From IMG/VR virus record IMGVR_UViG_3300045738_001878, positions 1-60,824 of that record: a stretch of DNA of 60,824 bases, one strand, 5' to 3'. This DNA is from a virus. Lineage: Duplodnaviria; Caudoviricetes. The notes under the pieces are model-generated. The model had not been told where the DNA came from, did not search any database, and saw only the letters and a list, made by a program, of their open reading frames with translations. Shown here in pieces: positions 11,401 through 19,681 of this stretch (its first letter is position 1; each line of letters begins with the position of its first letter). A program made the position numbers and the translations under genes.

Positions 11401-14400
11401 TACGAGACAAGTTTAAAGTGTTCTTTTGGGCTGTGGCTAGGTTCTTAAACGATGGAATCATTGCGCCAATTAGTGACCAATTCCCAGACCCAGGCAAAGT
11501 TAGTTCAACAGCCAATATAATCGTTGCTCTTGGAAAAATGGTCAGTGTAATTCCAGGAATGATGGATGATATTATATATGGGCTTATACCCATTGTAGAA
11601 GGTAGCGGTTGGTGGTTCAGCAAAGCACCGGCAGATAAACTATCCGCTGAAATACGAGACAAATTCAAGGACTTCTTCTTTGCCGTGGCTGAATTCTTGA
11701 GATATGGAATCATCAATCCTGTCCAAGCATTCTTCCCGGACCCAGGTGAAGTTGGCTCAACAGCCGACACAATTGTTGCTCTTGCACGGATGGTTGGCGT
11801 AATTCCAGGAATGATGGATGCTATAGTCTGGAACCTTCTCCCGTTAGTAGGTGGAGGGTGGTGGGGGATGTTCGGCGGAAATCCATCAGAGAAGATTCTT
11901 GAAAACCTGGACAAGTTTAAATCATTCTTCTGGGCTGTGGCTGAATTCTTGAGATATGGAATCATCAATCCTATTCAGGTTTTCTTCCCGAATCCAGAAG
12001 AAGTTACAGCAGCAGCAGCCTCTCTGGCAGGAATGGCATCTGTTGTTGAGATGATACCGCCCTTCTTAGATACCATAACCACTTCAATCTCCTCCTTAAT
12101 AGATGGTTGGTGGTGGTCTTCGCCTATCGAAAATATGGAAGATGACATTGGAACCTTCTCTAAATATTTCAAATCTATTGCAACTATGTTGGGCGAGGGA
12201 ATCATTAACCCAATTAAAGCATACTTCCCGAAGCCAGATGAACTTAAAGAAATTGTGCAGCAATTAGCCGGTATGATGGTGGTAGTTGCTATGCTTCCAA
12301 AATTCCTATCCATGTTGTCTGAAAAAATGACAGAACTATTGGAAGGAGGTTGGTGGAATAGATTCAAAGAAGGCATAAAGGTAGATATGTTTGCTTCCTA
12401 TTTCAGGGGAATTGCCGACACTCTCAATTGGGGAATTATACAACCTATACAATTGTTGCCAGAATCATCAGCAATTCAAGAAGCTGCTGCAAGAATAGTC
12501 GCTCTTGGTGAGTTAGTCAGCATTATGCCAGGATTTATGTCCTTGTTGTCTGAAAAAATGGAAGAACTATGGGATGGCAATTGGTGGGCAACTGAATGGA
12601 AGACAGAACTATTTGGCAATTATTGGGCAGGGCTTGCTAGCGTACTCAATGATGGAATTCTTGAACCGATAAAATTGTTGCCAGAATCAGCAGCAATTCA
12701 AGAAGCTGCTGCAAAAATAGAAGCTCTTGCCGATGTAATGGGCAATCTAGCTAGTATGCTCGAAAAACTTGCTATAGTCATGGATCAAATACAGTCTGGT
12801 AAATTTGATGACATGGGAGGTGTAGCAGATAAAATCAATGCACTTCTGGCAGAACTGGCAAAGATCAACGTAGGTGCAGGTGCGGGTGCAGGTGGAGGTG
12901 GTGCGGGTGCGGCGACTGTTGCTGCTGGAGGCACGTATCAACATGATAGCCGATCACACGGAGAGATACTTGCCGATTTAGAAGCTGGTGCTGGTCCTGG
13001 CGATGTGCAAGCAATGAGCGATGCCAGTCCTGTATCCGGGGCTTTCGGGCAGTCTCTAGAAGCGGGAAATGAAGAGCTTAAAAAGACAATTCAATCACCC
13101 GGATCACCAGTAAGCAAGGCTGTTGATAAATATGTAGGTCTACTTACAGGTAGCGTGGTAGGCATGGGTGATAAAATTGTATACGGCACAGAAGCAGGCA
13201 AGGCAGAAAGAGCAACCGCAAAACAGGCTGTGGAGGCAGAAAGACTAGCCGGTACAATGTCAGCGTCCCTATTCGAAGATGGTGTGGAACAATTTGGCGA
13301 AGACTTTAAAGGAGCTTCCGAAAAAGCTGAAGGTAGCATCGTGGAAGACATGGCAGCGGCCAAGAAGTCTATGCTTGGAATTAAGGAAGCAATAGAAGAC
13401 GCAGCAGGAGTGACAACAAAAGAAGCAGCAAAAGAAGCGGAAGAAAAGGCATTAGAAGGAGTAAAAGCAACAGAAAGTTACAAGGATGCCGAGAAGAGGC
13501 TTTTTGGCTCTCAGTTGAATCCAGACGGATCGGTTGGTCCTCCGCTTCCGGGCACTGATAAGCCTACTTTCTCCGAGGATATAACATCGGCTGCTAAACA
13601 AATGGAAGAAAAAGGCGTAGGCCCATCACAAAAGGCATCACCGAAGATGGAAGAAGCATTGGCGGGCCTGGGCGATGCCGAAAGATTAAGGATACTTGGT
13701 AATAAAAAGGGAGAGGGAGCAAAACTTGATACAACCAATAGAGCGATACTTGATGCCGACCTAGCCCAAGAGGAAGAAAGAAACACAATGGCCGGATTTG
13801 ACCAATTGCCTCGTGGGAAAGGATATGGGGGGAAGCCAAAGCCAGTAAATCCTTGGACCGAACGAAATGACTACATGAGAGGTGGTGGCCCGGAAGTGTG
13901 GACTGATCTGAACGCCAAACTTAGACAAATGTCCGAAGACGGCGCAACCCCGCAGGAGCTTATAGCGTACCAAGAAAAACATGCAGCAGGAATAAGATCA
14001 AGACGAGATGAGGTAGAAAGTGGACAGGGGCCACATGGTGGGCCGACACAGGAGTCGATGAATACGGGAATATCACCGACAAGAACAGTCCGCTCCTTCG
14101 ATCAAGGTGGCGAATTCTTAACTTCTGGCGCAGAACTAATATTGGTTGGAGAAGGAGGAGCAGAAAGAGTTCGTATAGAACCGGCCAACCTCTCAAGTTC
14201 CCTTCTCAACCTGCCCTCCATGCTTCGTGATGCCAGTACCGGTAATGCCGGTGGTGCGGCTTCGACTGAAGTAAATCCGGCACCTCTTGCTGATGTACAC
14301 GAGAGAGTAAAGCAAAAATATGCTACAGAAGGTGGAGCGAACAAGGCTCAAACTGGCGACATGGCCAAGATTGCTGCGGCAGGAGATCGACAATGCCAAT

Positions 14401-14609
14401 TACTCAGTAATTTACACGAAGACAATTTAGAAATGATTAAACTGTTGAAGCCTGCTACTGGTTCGGTTCTAGCAGGCGAATCAACGGGTGGACAAAAACA
14501 ATCTACTAGGTCTAATACCAAGCCAATAGCCTCTCCAAATTATCACCAATGGAAATTTGGCAAGGCTAATGCGAATGCCAGCAAGCAAGTCATTACGACT
14601 GGTAACTAA
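5412..14609 (+). CDS. Tail tape measure protein (3065 aa)
   Basis: Ala/Gly-rich helical giant ORF with hydrophobic and Trp-containing tandem repeats, directly upstream of baseplate genes. Confidence 0.88.
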   Translation: MANSLYDSMDRLIGSTDNVVDVVRSMLQSDVGNAQDYHNANKESEKRDKDRDTKLDKIEKHLNDLVKLTGDQKDDAKEYANSIIAATKEAGQKTGGGTTKQTNKIDLGSLDLSKIQLPGGGGKGFDSASLTKAVEGLGNAGDEFDKALSPLSRVASSGLDASRSMNKLLSESMSYQKQMMEDIRTLTDAATTPGSIYTKDLAAEAANKSVSAGGGGGGGPTVSAGDIDVDGKELGEQLGVGIEEGVERSTSKLGAVLTGTLLGLAGGGDIFQDLFADAIKGELEFIRGMRAIAFQTQMITGETETLQNEFQKTGKIVAETGQNLTTFQVTYMKNLKRGIKSQKEMVGVTKASLNLATMIGSDVAQTADTFADWHMHMGLTDGQMADVGRGIKDVAMWSGVTGDNLMKAVDASSKFVEQMRSAGTLTAVAAKNIIMIQATAQKLGVGESIQDLLGGLGSSVGLLKDASKETQSIIFLAASKVGRVQDAMYGTVLQTRAGIKDIAEGMEQTFKQATGFEMGEIDLMSAEQKFRANMVLESVTGKGIEEFKRMTDTMGEAGMGYAERMATIDAELLTNITLEEQRALIIKKQNMALSAGLEMSSKLSEAAKGVGTIDEAVAKMRKQAGAGWPDIKEDLIALTKDISPGLAGGIAGEDPNAIASAMAIAAADALKEAGGEDYSQQILAAVQANDLTGVRELQEKMTSAQQKLGVDQATGLDPLSEVAQGVREINESIRGVTGPLIAGIMNILGVAGVIAGYLAIMVVASAVHAGKGALGLVGMGFIQSKMGGGGGGGGGGGGGGATGGAPKGPGKAFGFPKVAKMDFGGMMSSGAQLLKGAVAVAIITAGLVAIAIGIIALSKGLMKITGLSPKEIAVIGATIVGMVVGIGLIALAVEKSAAPLMAMNALKSLAKPMLTGALVLLVIGAGIVALATALIWISSQIMGIAGMDAGTAGKTALNIAVIMMAAGFIAWATLNAAAGLAVLGALAPYATWAVPFMLTGAAAILLIAPAIVALAIAIVWMSKKIMSIGGIDAGEAAKVAGNVAVIMLTAGFIAVATMGAAWGLSLLGAQAGLIAGLAPLALLGALAIMVITPAIVALAVAIVWMSKKIMSIGGINAGEAAKVAGNVAAVMLAAGFIAVATMGAAWGLSLLGAQAGLIAGLAPLALLGALAIMVITPAIVALATAIVWISDAIMGAAGVDAASAAKTMEDVAAVMKAAGFIAIAAGAAFWGLQLLGAQAPIFFAMAPLALLGALAITAISAGIVALAVAIVWISDAIMGAAGVDAASAAKTMEDVAGIMKAAGGIALVAGAAFWGLALLGKQAPIFFAMAPMALLGALAITAISAGIVALATAIVWISDAIMSAAGVDAASAAKTMEDVAGVMKAAGGIALVAGAAFWGLALLGAQAPLLWAMAPLALLGAAAIIAISAPIVALAVAIVWLSQSIMSAAGMDAETAAKVADDVYGLIKAAGKIALMTIAMMPILAGMSAAWLVLWYMIPLMVSGAAAILAIGAPVMLFAVSIVKLGEMLANSVDPSVVDKVVVALEGVGKIVTGIADAMDAIINKIIPLQAEPWFWGQSPLNEIGEAAEPFAKQFIGVARFIQIGIIAPVKKYLNIPEGVATKLGSSLKAVGNIVTGIADAMDAIIKKIIPLQAEPWFWGKSPLQEIGAAAVPFARQFIHVARFIKIGVIEPVKTHLNIPEGVATELGDSLKAIGNIITGIADAMEAIINTMVPLIKEPWFWGKSPLQKVGAAAVPFAAQFVHVANFIKHGVIEPIKTHLGDVGNVESIGATIVAVGEMLSALAPMMDVLIDVIVPLTEGGWFSDSPIENIVDAIPEFSEFFGAIAEFLQDGIMAPIQDNMGDVGAVKGVGETITALASMIGAIPGVMDVLIDEIVPLTEGGWFSDSPIEKIAGIQDEFKEFFQGVAEFLRYGIVSPIQTYFPDPGAVTGAATTIVALGQMVSVIPAMMDEIIYGLVPIIKGGWFSKAPADQLSSEIRDKFKVFFWAVARFLNDGIIAPISDQFPDPGKVSSTANIIVALGKMVSVIPGMMDDIIYGLIPIVEGSGWWFSKAPADKLSAEIRDKFKDFFFAVAEFLRYGIINPVQAFFPDPGEVGSTADTIVALARMVGVIPGMMDAIVWNLLPLVGGGWWGMFGGNPSEKILENLDKFKSFFWAVAEFLRYGIINPIQVFFPNPEEVTAAAASLAGMASVVEMIPPFLDTITTSISSLIDGWWWSSPIENMEDDIGTFSKYFKSIATMLGEGIINPIKAYFPKPDELKEIVQQLAGMMVVVAMLPKFLSMLSEKMTELLEGGWWNRFKEGIKVDMFASYFRGIADTLNWGIIQPIQLLPESSAIQEAAARIVALGELVSIMPGFMSLLSEKMEELWDGNWWATEWKTELFGNYWAGLASVLNDGILEPIKLLPESAAIQEAAAKIEALADVMGNLASMLEKLAIVMDQIQSGKFDDMGGVADKINALLAELAKINVGAGAGAGGGGAGAATVAAGGTYQHDSRSHGEILADLEAGAGPGDVQAMSDASPVSGAFGQSLEAGNEELKKTIQSPGSPVSKAVDKYVGLLTGSVVGMGDKIVYGTEAGKAERATAKQAVEAERLAGTMSASLFEDGVEQFGEDFKGASEKAEGSIVEDMAAAKKSMLGIKEAIEDAAGVTTKEAAKEAEEKALEGVKATESYKDAEKRLFGSQLNPDGSVGPPLPGTDKPTFSEDITSAAKQMEEKGVGPSQKASPKMEEALAGLGDAERLRILGNKKGEGAKLDTTNRAILDADLAQEEERNTMAGFDQLPRGKGYGGKPKPVNPWTERNDYMRGGGPEVWTDLNAKLRQMSEDGATPQELIAYQEKHAAGIRSRRDEVESGQGPHGGPTQESMNTGISPTRTVRSFDQGGEFLTSGAELILVGEGGAERVRIEPANLSSSLLNLPSMLRDASTGNAGGAASTEVNPAPLADVHERVKQKYATEGGANKAQTGDMAKIAAAGDRQCQLLSNLHEDNLEMIKLLKPATGSVLAGESTGGQKQSTRSNTKPIASPNYHQWKFGKANANASKQVITTGN
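8430..9780 (+). repeat. About 252-nt (84-aa) tandem hydrophobic repeats in the tape measure gene
   Basis: ctcctgcaattgtggc recurs near 8434, 8686 and 8938; the PAIVALA.AIVW.S..IM unit is repeated about 5-6 times. Confidence 0.85.
10050..12720 (+). repeat. About 80-83-aa Trp-loop repeats (IIPL...W[F/W]..SP/AP...GII.PI) in the tape measure gene
   Basis: QAEPWFWG x2, KEPWFWG, EGGWFSDSP x2, GGWFSKAP, GWWFSKAP, GGWWGMFG, DGWWWSSP, GGWWN, GNWWA. Confidence 0.85.
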
Positions 14610-14667
14610 TAAAAATCACTTTCTACCATAAATACAAAGTCTATTCTATTTTAAATACAGGGTAATT

Positions 14668-15210
14668 ATGCCAAGAGGAACAATCCCCGGCGGTGGGCTG
14701 ATAAACATATCGGATTGCTACATTTTCATTCCGAATTTTGGAAGAATCAGACTGAATAACTTGCCGGAAATATCAGATAGTAAAAGCGCATCATATAACG
14801 ATGAGCCAATTATTGGAAGATCATTTCCACTAAAGACATATTCGCACTCTGAAAATCGTGTGATTGCCATGCAATTGCATTTCTTTGTAATTAATAGGAA
14901 TGACATAGCTCTTAATCTTCGCTATTTGCGGGCATTGGAGAGTGCAGTTTATCCAAGGGATCAACAAAGTGGAGCTAATGCACCTTTTGTACCGCCACCA
15001 GTTTGCAGGCTTAAATGTGGCAATCTTTTGGCAGATAAAGAAGAAGTATGTTGTGTGTTAAAATCATACTCAGTTAAATTTCCGACTGACGTTGCTTGGG
15101 ATGAAGATGACTATCTTCCACATAAGTTTGACGTAGACACCAATTGGGAAGTTGTCTACAGAAGTAGCGATTTACCAGGACAAGGCAGAATTATAAGAAC
15201 AGGTAGATAA
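14668..15210 (+). CDS. Baseplate tail-tube initiator / CIS tube-like protein
   Basis: ISDSKSASY..IIGRS.P...YS.S..R.I...L.F...PPP.C.L..G...L.S.SV.F pattern; position after tape measure. Confidence 0.7.
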   Translation: MPRGTIPGGGLINISDCYIFIPNFGRIRLNNLPEISDSKSASYNDEPIIGRSFPLKTYSHSENRVIAMQLHFFVINRNDIALNLRYLRALESAVYPRDQQSGANAPFVPPPVCRLKCGNLLADKEEVCCVLKSYSVKFPTDVAWDEDDYLPHKFDVDTNWEVVYRSSDLPGQGRIIRTGR

Positions 15211-15536
15211 TGGCAGTACCAGTACAAAAGACTAATTTAAATTCAAGCAAGTTCGTTTCTGGACTTAGTAGATACAAAAATTATCCTATCATATATTGGA
15301 GTGAAAAAAATTACCTGACATTTCCAACATATAAGAAAACAGACAACTCCCCCAATGCAGGAGATATGTTTACAGTCATATCACCTGGGCAAGAATACCG
15401 ACCAGATAAAGTTTCCCAAGAAATGTATGGCACGCCAGACTTGTGGTGGAGAATATTAGAAGCCAATAACATCAAAGATATATTTGAATTCAAGTCTGGA
15501 TTATCAATAAGACTACCAGGAAATGTGTTCGCATAG
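15210..15536 (+). CDS. Baseplate wedge protein, T4 gp53/LysM-like
   Basis: YRPDKVSQEMYGTPDLWWRILEANNI.D...G..IRLP. Confidence 0.85.
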   Translation: MAVPVQKTNLNSSKFVSGLSRYKNYPIIYWSEKNYLTFPTYKKTDNSPNAGDMFTVISPGQEYRPDKVSQEMYGTPDLWWRILEANNIKDIFEFKSGLSIRLPGNVFA

Positions 15537-15545
15537 GAGTATAAC

Positions 15546-17126
15546 ATGGGCAGTGTAGGCGGTTGTTTAGTAGGTTGCGTTAAAGATTATACATGTGGGC
15601 AAATCCAGAATGGACAAGATGCTGATGTTCTATCTCCCTTTGTAAGAATATCTTTTGGTAAAGACCCCTCAGACCCGGATATTACTGTTGGAAACCAATC
15701 AGCACCAAGATTCGAGCATCATGCTATCATTAAATCATTTGAATCTGGACAATCTACTGGGAATGGAGTGAAAGTAGAGATACTAGATGAAGAAGGAGGA
15801 ATGTTTCATCTGTTCGCAGATAAAATGTGGAAGTGTATGGATTCAGCCTCGCTCGATTTGAATATGCGATATCAATGGGGATGGGTGTCATCCAATTGCA
15901 CGGGTGGTAGCGGAATCATAGGAGGTGTTGTGGCTGGTCCCAAGGGTGGTGGATCAGTCAATACGGGAAGGAACCTCGGTACAGCCGATAAACAAGCTCC
16001 AGCATTATCCCCCATACTTACATGTATGATGGTGGGAATGAACGTAACTTTTGCCGAAGGAAAAGTCAAGTTCATAATCGACGGCACAGATATGTTGACG
16101 CCTGTATTCGTTTCTAGATTTGATGATATTGAAGGAGATGATTCTCAAAAAATGCCTCTCAAACAGGCAATTAGGAATTTGCTCATTAATAAAGAACCTA
16201 AAATTAAAGTTAGATTTGTCCGAGTTAACCCCGATGGAACAGAATCAGAATGGCCTTTTAAAGATTTTGGAATGCAAGGACCAGAAGCGGTATGGGATTG
16301 TGACGGGCAAAATAAATTAGCAACTATTATGAAATGGTTAGAGCCATTTATGACAGATAGGGATAAGGGGATTACTGCGGTATGGGATGCCGTCTCTAGT
16401 GAACTTGTTTTACTAGAAGACCCAGGAGTAGGATGTAATGAATCAGTAGGCTGTGGCAAATCAATTGGAACTTGGATAGTAAATGGTGGAAAATGTAGTC
16501 CTGTAATAGATTTTACACCTACCATAAATTGGACAATTGCGATGACTAACACAAGTAGTGAAGGAACCGGTAATGCTGGAGCAGCGGCAACGGGAGCAAC
16601 TAAAGAAAAAACAAAGAAATGTGATGTTCAGACTAGAGAAACCGGCATAGTCGAAAATATTGCCGTTTCCAGATATGGATGGGAAGCTCATGGTCCAAAA
16701 GAGGTTATAAATAAAACAGACGAATCTCAAAATGCTCACGCTCTAGCAGCCGTCAATTCTACCATACAAAGCAAGGAAGCAATAGACGCCGAATTAAGAA
16801 TTCAAGGTGATCCTAGAAAAGAATTTGCTGTAGCGATGGATCACAAGGCCAAGTTTCTATCTCTTGTTGTAATCAATCCATTTCATCTTTACGGGAAAGT
16901 AGGAGGTTATGGTGGTAAATGTGGGGATTGGCTTGCAATACCAGGATGTAACGAAATATTAAGCAACAAGGAATGGTTAATGACGGGGGTAAGTCACCAA
17001 ATTAAAGAAGGTTCATATACAACAACTATAAAACTAACACTTAAGACACCAGGAGTCACTATCGATGCCGGTCAGCCAATGGGCGGTCCTGGTTCGGGTG
17101 GTTATGTACCTCCCAACACATGTTAA
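15546..17126 (+). CDS. Baseplate hub protein (gp27/late control D-like)
   Basis: Position between gp53-like and gp5-like genes; C-terminal AELRIQGDP...W.MTGVSHQI.EGSYTTTIKL. Confidence 0.65.
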   Translation: MGSVGGCLVGCVKDYTCGQIQNGQDADVLSPFVRISFGKDPSDPDITVGNQSAPRFEHHAIIKSFESGQSTGNGVKVEILDEEGGMFHLFADKMWKCMDSASLDLNMRYQWGWVSSNCTGGSGIIGGVVAGPKGGGSVNTGRNLGTADKQAPALSPILTCMMVGMNVTFAEGKVKFIIDGTDMLTPVFVSRFDDIEGDDSQKMPLKQAIRNLLINKEPKIKVRFVRVNPDGTESEWPFKDFGMQGPEAVWDCDGQNKLATIMKWLEPFMTDRDKGITAVWDAVSSELVLLEDPGVGCNESVGCGKSIGTWIVNGGKCSPVIDFTPTINWTIAMTNTSSEGTGNAGAAATGATKEKTKKCDVQTRETGIVENIAVSRYGWEAHGPKEVINKTDESQNAHALAAVNSTIQSKEAIDAELRIQGDPRKEFAVAMDHKAKFLSLVVINPFHLYGKVGGYGGKCGDWLAIPGCNEILSNKEWLMTGVSHQIKEGSYTTTIKLTLKTPGVTIDAGQPMGGPGSGGYVPPNTC

Positions 17127-17144
17127 ACGAGGATAATAAATAAT

Positions 17145-19238
17145 ATGCCAACAGATCCATTATTTGAAGCCACCACATGGCCGGGCAAAGTAGAAGTAAT
17201 AGATTCTAGATTAAAAGCTCTAGAAAACAGATTCTACGAATTAGGCTATGATATGAAGGGAATTGTACAATCTGAAGTAAAACAAAGTTTTGACATAACG
17301 CCACAAGCTGAAACACAATTTGGTTTGTTTACCGCACTGGTCATTGACACCATTGATCCTTGGAAACAAAACAGAGTCAGGTTTTTTAGCCCACTTTTTC
17401 ACAATCCAGATACGCCGGTTAAATCTTTACCTTTTGCATATCCCATTTCCTCAATGGGCGGCATGGATGACTGTGGGCTTAATTGGGTTCCTCCAGCATC
17501 CTCTACACTTTGTATTATATTTGAAAACGGGAACAAACAAACACCATTCTATATTGGCACTACTTGGCATAGAGATCGTGGCCCAACTGGCGGGCATAAT
17601 TGGGGATTTAATATTGACGAGTATTTCAACATTCACGAAGGTCACCGTAGAGGATATTTGGCTGGGCCGAATGATGATTCGCAAGTATTCCCACAGTGGA
17701 ACACCGAAAACTACAATGGTTTTGATATAGATTCAATAGCAGATTTCGACGACGATCCAGAGGCTCAAAGAAAAATCACCTACCCGAACATATACGGATT
17801 TAAAACGCCACAAAAGCACATGTATAAGATGGTAGATGGTGATTACAAGTGTAATCATAAGTGGAAGAGAATAGAAATGCTATCGGCTTGTGGGAACTGG
17901 ATGTTGATGAAAGACGATCATCTTCATTCTTGTGCAACTTGGGCACATCCAAGTTGTCCATCAGGTGGTTCAGAACATGACTGCCTCGATGAAGATGGAA
18001 AACCAATTGAGATGACAGAATGCGAAGGAGAGGTAAGTAATTCCAGCATTCTCGGCGGTCACCCAAGTGACAGTATTAGACATGGGGGCACAACCAACTA
18101 CAAGAACACTAATACAGGTGGCAACCCCTTCTTTAAACACCAAAATGAATGTAGGCCATATAAAGGGCCAGGAACTCCACAAAACAATAAGTGCGAAGTT
18201 CCACAGACTGGAATTCAATTTCTTTCTATCTCCGGTCACTCATTCGTAATGGATGATTCTGTAGAAGAACCAAGTGGCATTCCCGAATGGGAAAGAAGCA
18301 CTAAAGATTTCGATTTTGGTTGCAATAACAAATATACTGGCAAAACATTCTGGGTATCGTCTACCGGACACAGTATTACAATGAGTGACGTAGAAGAGAA
18401 ATCGCAACTGCGTGGGGACCAAAACTATATCAAGTTACTAACCGCAACCGGCAATCGGATTGAGTTGAACGATCATACCGTGGGCAAGAAGGATTGCCCA
18501 GGATGTCCACCAAACTTAGCAGGACAAAAACGTGGGATCACAATGGAAACCACTAGTCGCCATCACATTATGATGATCGACGAAGACAACGAACAATGCG
18601 GCCCATGTCGAATGGAAGGTGGCCAGCCAAAGAACAAGGCAAAAAAAGCATTCATTCGTGTGCGAACGGGTTATGGTTTAGAAATATTGATGAAAGATCA
18701 AGACAGTCAAGAAGACACAGTTGCTCAGCATATACAAATATTTTGCCCGCAATATGATAATGAAGAACGTGGGCCACATATCATGAGATTTCAAGAAAGA
18801 CCTTCTGGGCCTGGATTGGTGTTCTTGAGGGTTGGTGGAGACTATGTGTGTTCAACTTACGACAATCACATTACTATCGTAGGCGATATAGAAGAAAACC
18901 CATCTAACAAGATTGTATTGGTAACAGATAACTATATAGAATTAACCGAAAAACTATACATGAACGCTGCTGACTTACACTTTTTCTGTGCCAATAAAGT
19001 AATTATTCTTGGTGCAGGTTTAGATTTACCACCCAAATGTGCGAGCAAAAGTGATTGCAATATGTGTTTGTGGCCTGTACTCGTCATGGCTGGTGGGGTT
19101 ATTAGAGCTAGTGACCGTGTGTTTGCATCTGCATCCCCGGACGCACCTTGTCTTTCGATATTCCAGTTAATGCCATTCCACAAATGTCCGTCAATTCCGT
19201 CTTGTTCTGGTGGTCAAAAACATACTTTGAAACAATAG
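17145..19238 (+). CDS. Baseplate central spike, gp5/VgrG/gpV-like (OB-fold plus beta-repeats), Cys-rich
   Basis: VIDTIDPWKQNRVRFFSP..GLNWVPP..CIIFENGN..PFYIG OB-fold; repeated SGHSFVMDD/TGHSITMSD/TGNRIELND. Confidence 0.85.
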   Translation: MPTDPLFEATTWPGKVEVIDSRLKALENRFYELGYDMKGIVQSEVKQSFDITPQAETQFGLFTALVIDTIDPWKQNRVRFFSPLFHNPDTPVKSLPFAYPISSMGGMDDCGLNWVPPASSTLCIIFENGNKQTPFYIGTTWHRDRGPTGGHNWGFNIDEYFNIHEGHRRGYLAGPNDDSQVFPQWNTENYNGFDIDSIADFDDDPEAQRKITYPNIYGFKTPQKHMYKMVDGDYKCNHKWKRIEMLSACGNWMLMKDDHLHSCATWAHPSCPSGGSEHDCLDEDGKPIEMTECEGEVSNSSILGGHPSDSIRHGGTTNYKNTNTGGNPFFKHQNECRPYKGPGTPQNNKCEVPQTGIQFLSISGHSFVMDDSVEEPSGIPEWERSTKDFDFGCNNKYTGKTFWVSSTGHSITMSDVEEKSQLRGDQNYIKLLTATGNRIELNDHTVGKKDCPGCPPNLAGQKRGITMETTSRHHIMMIDEDNEQCGPCRMEGGQPKNKAKKAFIRVRTGYGLEILMKDQDSQEDTVAQHIQIFCPQYDNEERGPHIMRFQERPSGPGLVFLRVGGDYVCSTYDNHITIVGDIEENPSNKIVLVTDNYIELTEKLYMNAADLHFFCANKVIILGAGLDLPPKCASKSDCNMCLWPVLVMAGGVIRASDRVFASASPDAPCLSIFQLMPFHKCPSIPSCSGGQKHTLKQ

Positions 19239-19245
19239 GAGATAA

Positions 19246-19680
19246 ATGGTTGATTTTTTCGGGGCACCATACCCAATAGTTAAAACTGCACGAGGTTTAC
19301 TCGCCACGCAAACGGGAATAGAGCAAGTTAAAGCTGACTTGCTTCAATTGCTTCTGACCAATCCAGGTGAGAGAGTAATGTTATTGGAGTATGGCACACC
19401 TTTACGAGAACTAATATTTGAACCAAATGACACAATTTTAGCTAATCAGGCAAGAGAGATGATAGCCAACTCTATTGCTACATGGGAACCTAGAATAACA
19501 ATTGAACAGATTGAGGTTTTGGCAGAGGTAGATGAGTCGTCTCTAGATAAATACGATCTACCACAAGATAACCGTGAACACATACTAATGATAAGAATAC
19601 TATTTTTTGATCCAGAAAATATAGGCGATTTACAAGAACTTAAATTAGAAGTACCACTAGCTGGAACAGCAGGAGCATAA
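19246..19680 (+). CDS. Baseplate wedge protein gp25/GPW family
   Basis: LLLTNPGERVM..YGT.L..LIFEPND...I..WEPRI. Confidence 0.92.
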   Translation: MVDFFGAPYPIVKTARGLLATQTGIEQVKADLLQLLLTNPGERVMLLEYGTPLRELIFEPNDTILANQAREMIANSIATWEPRITIEQIEVLAEVDESSLDKYDLPQDNREHILMIRILFFDPENIGDLQELKLEVPLAGTAGA

Positions 19681-19681
19681 A

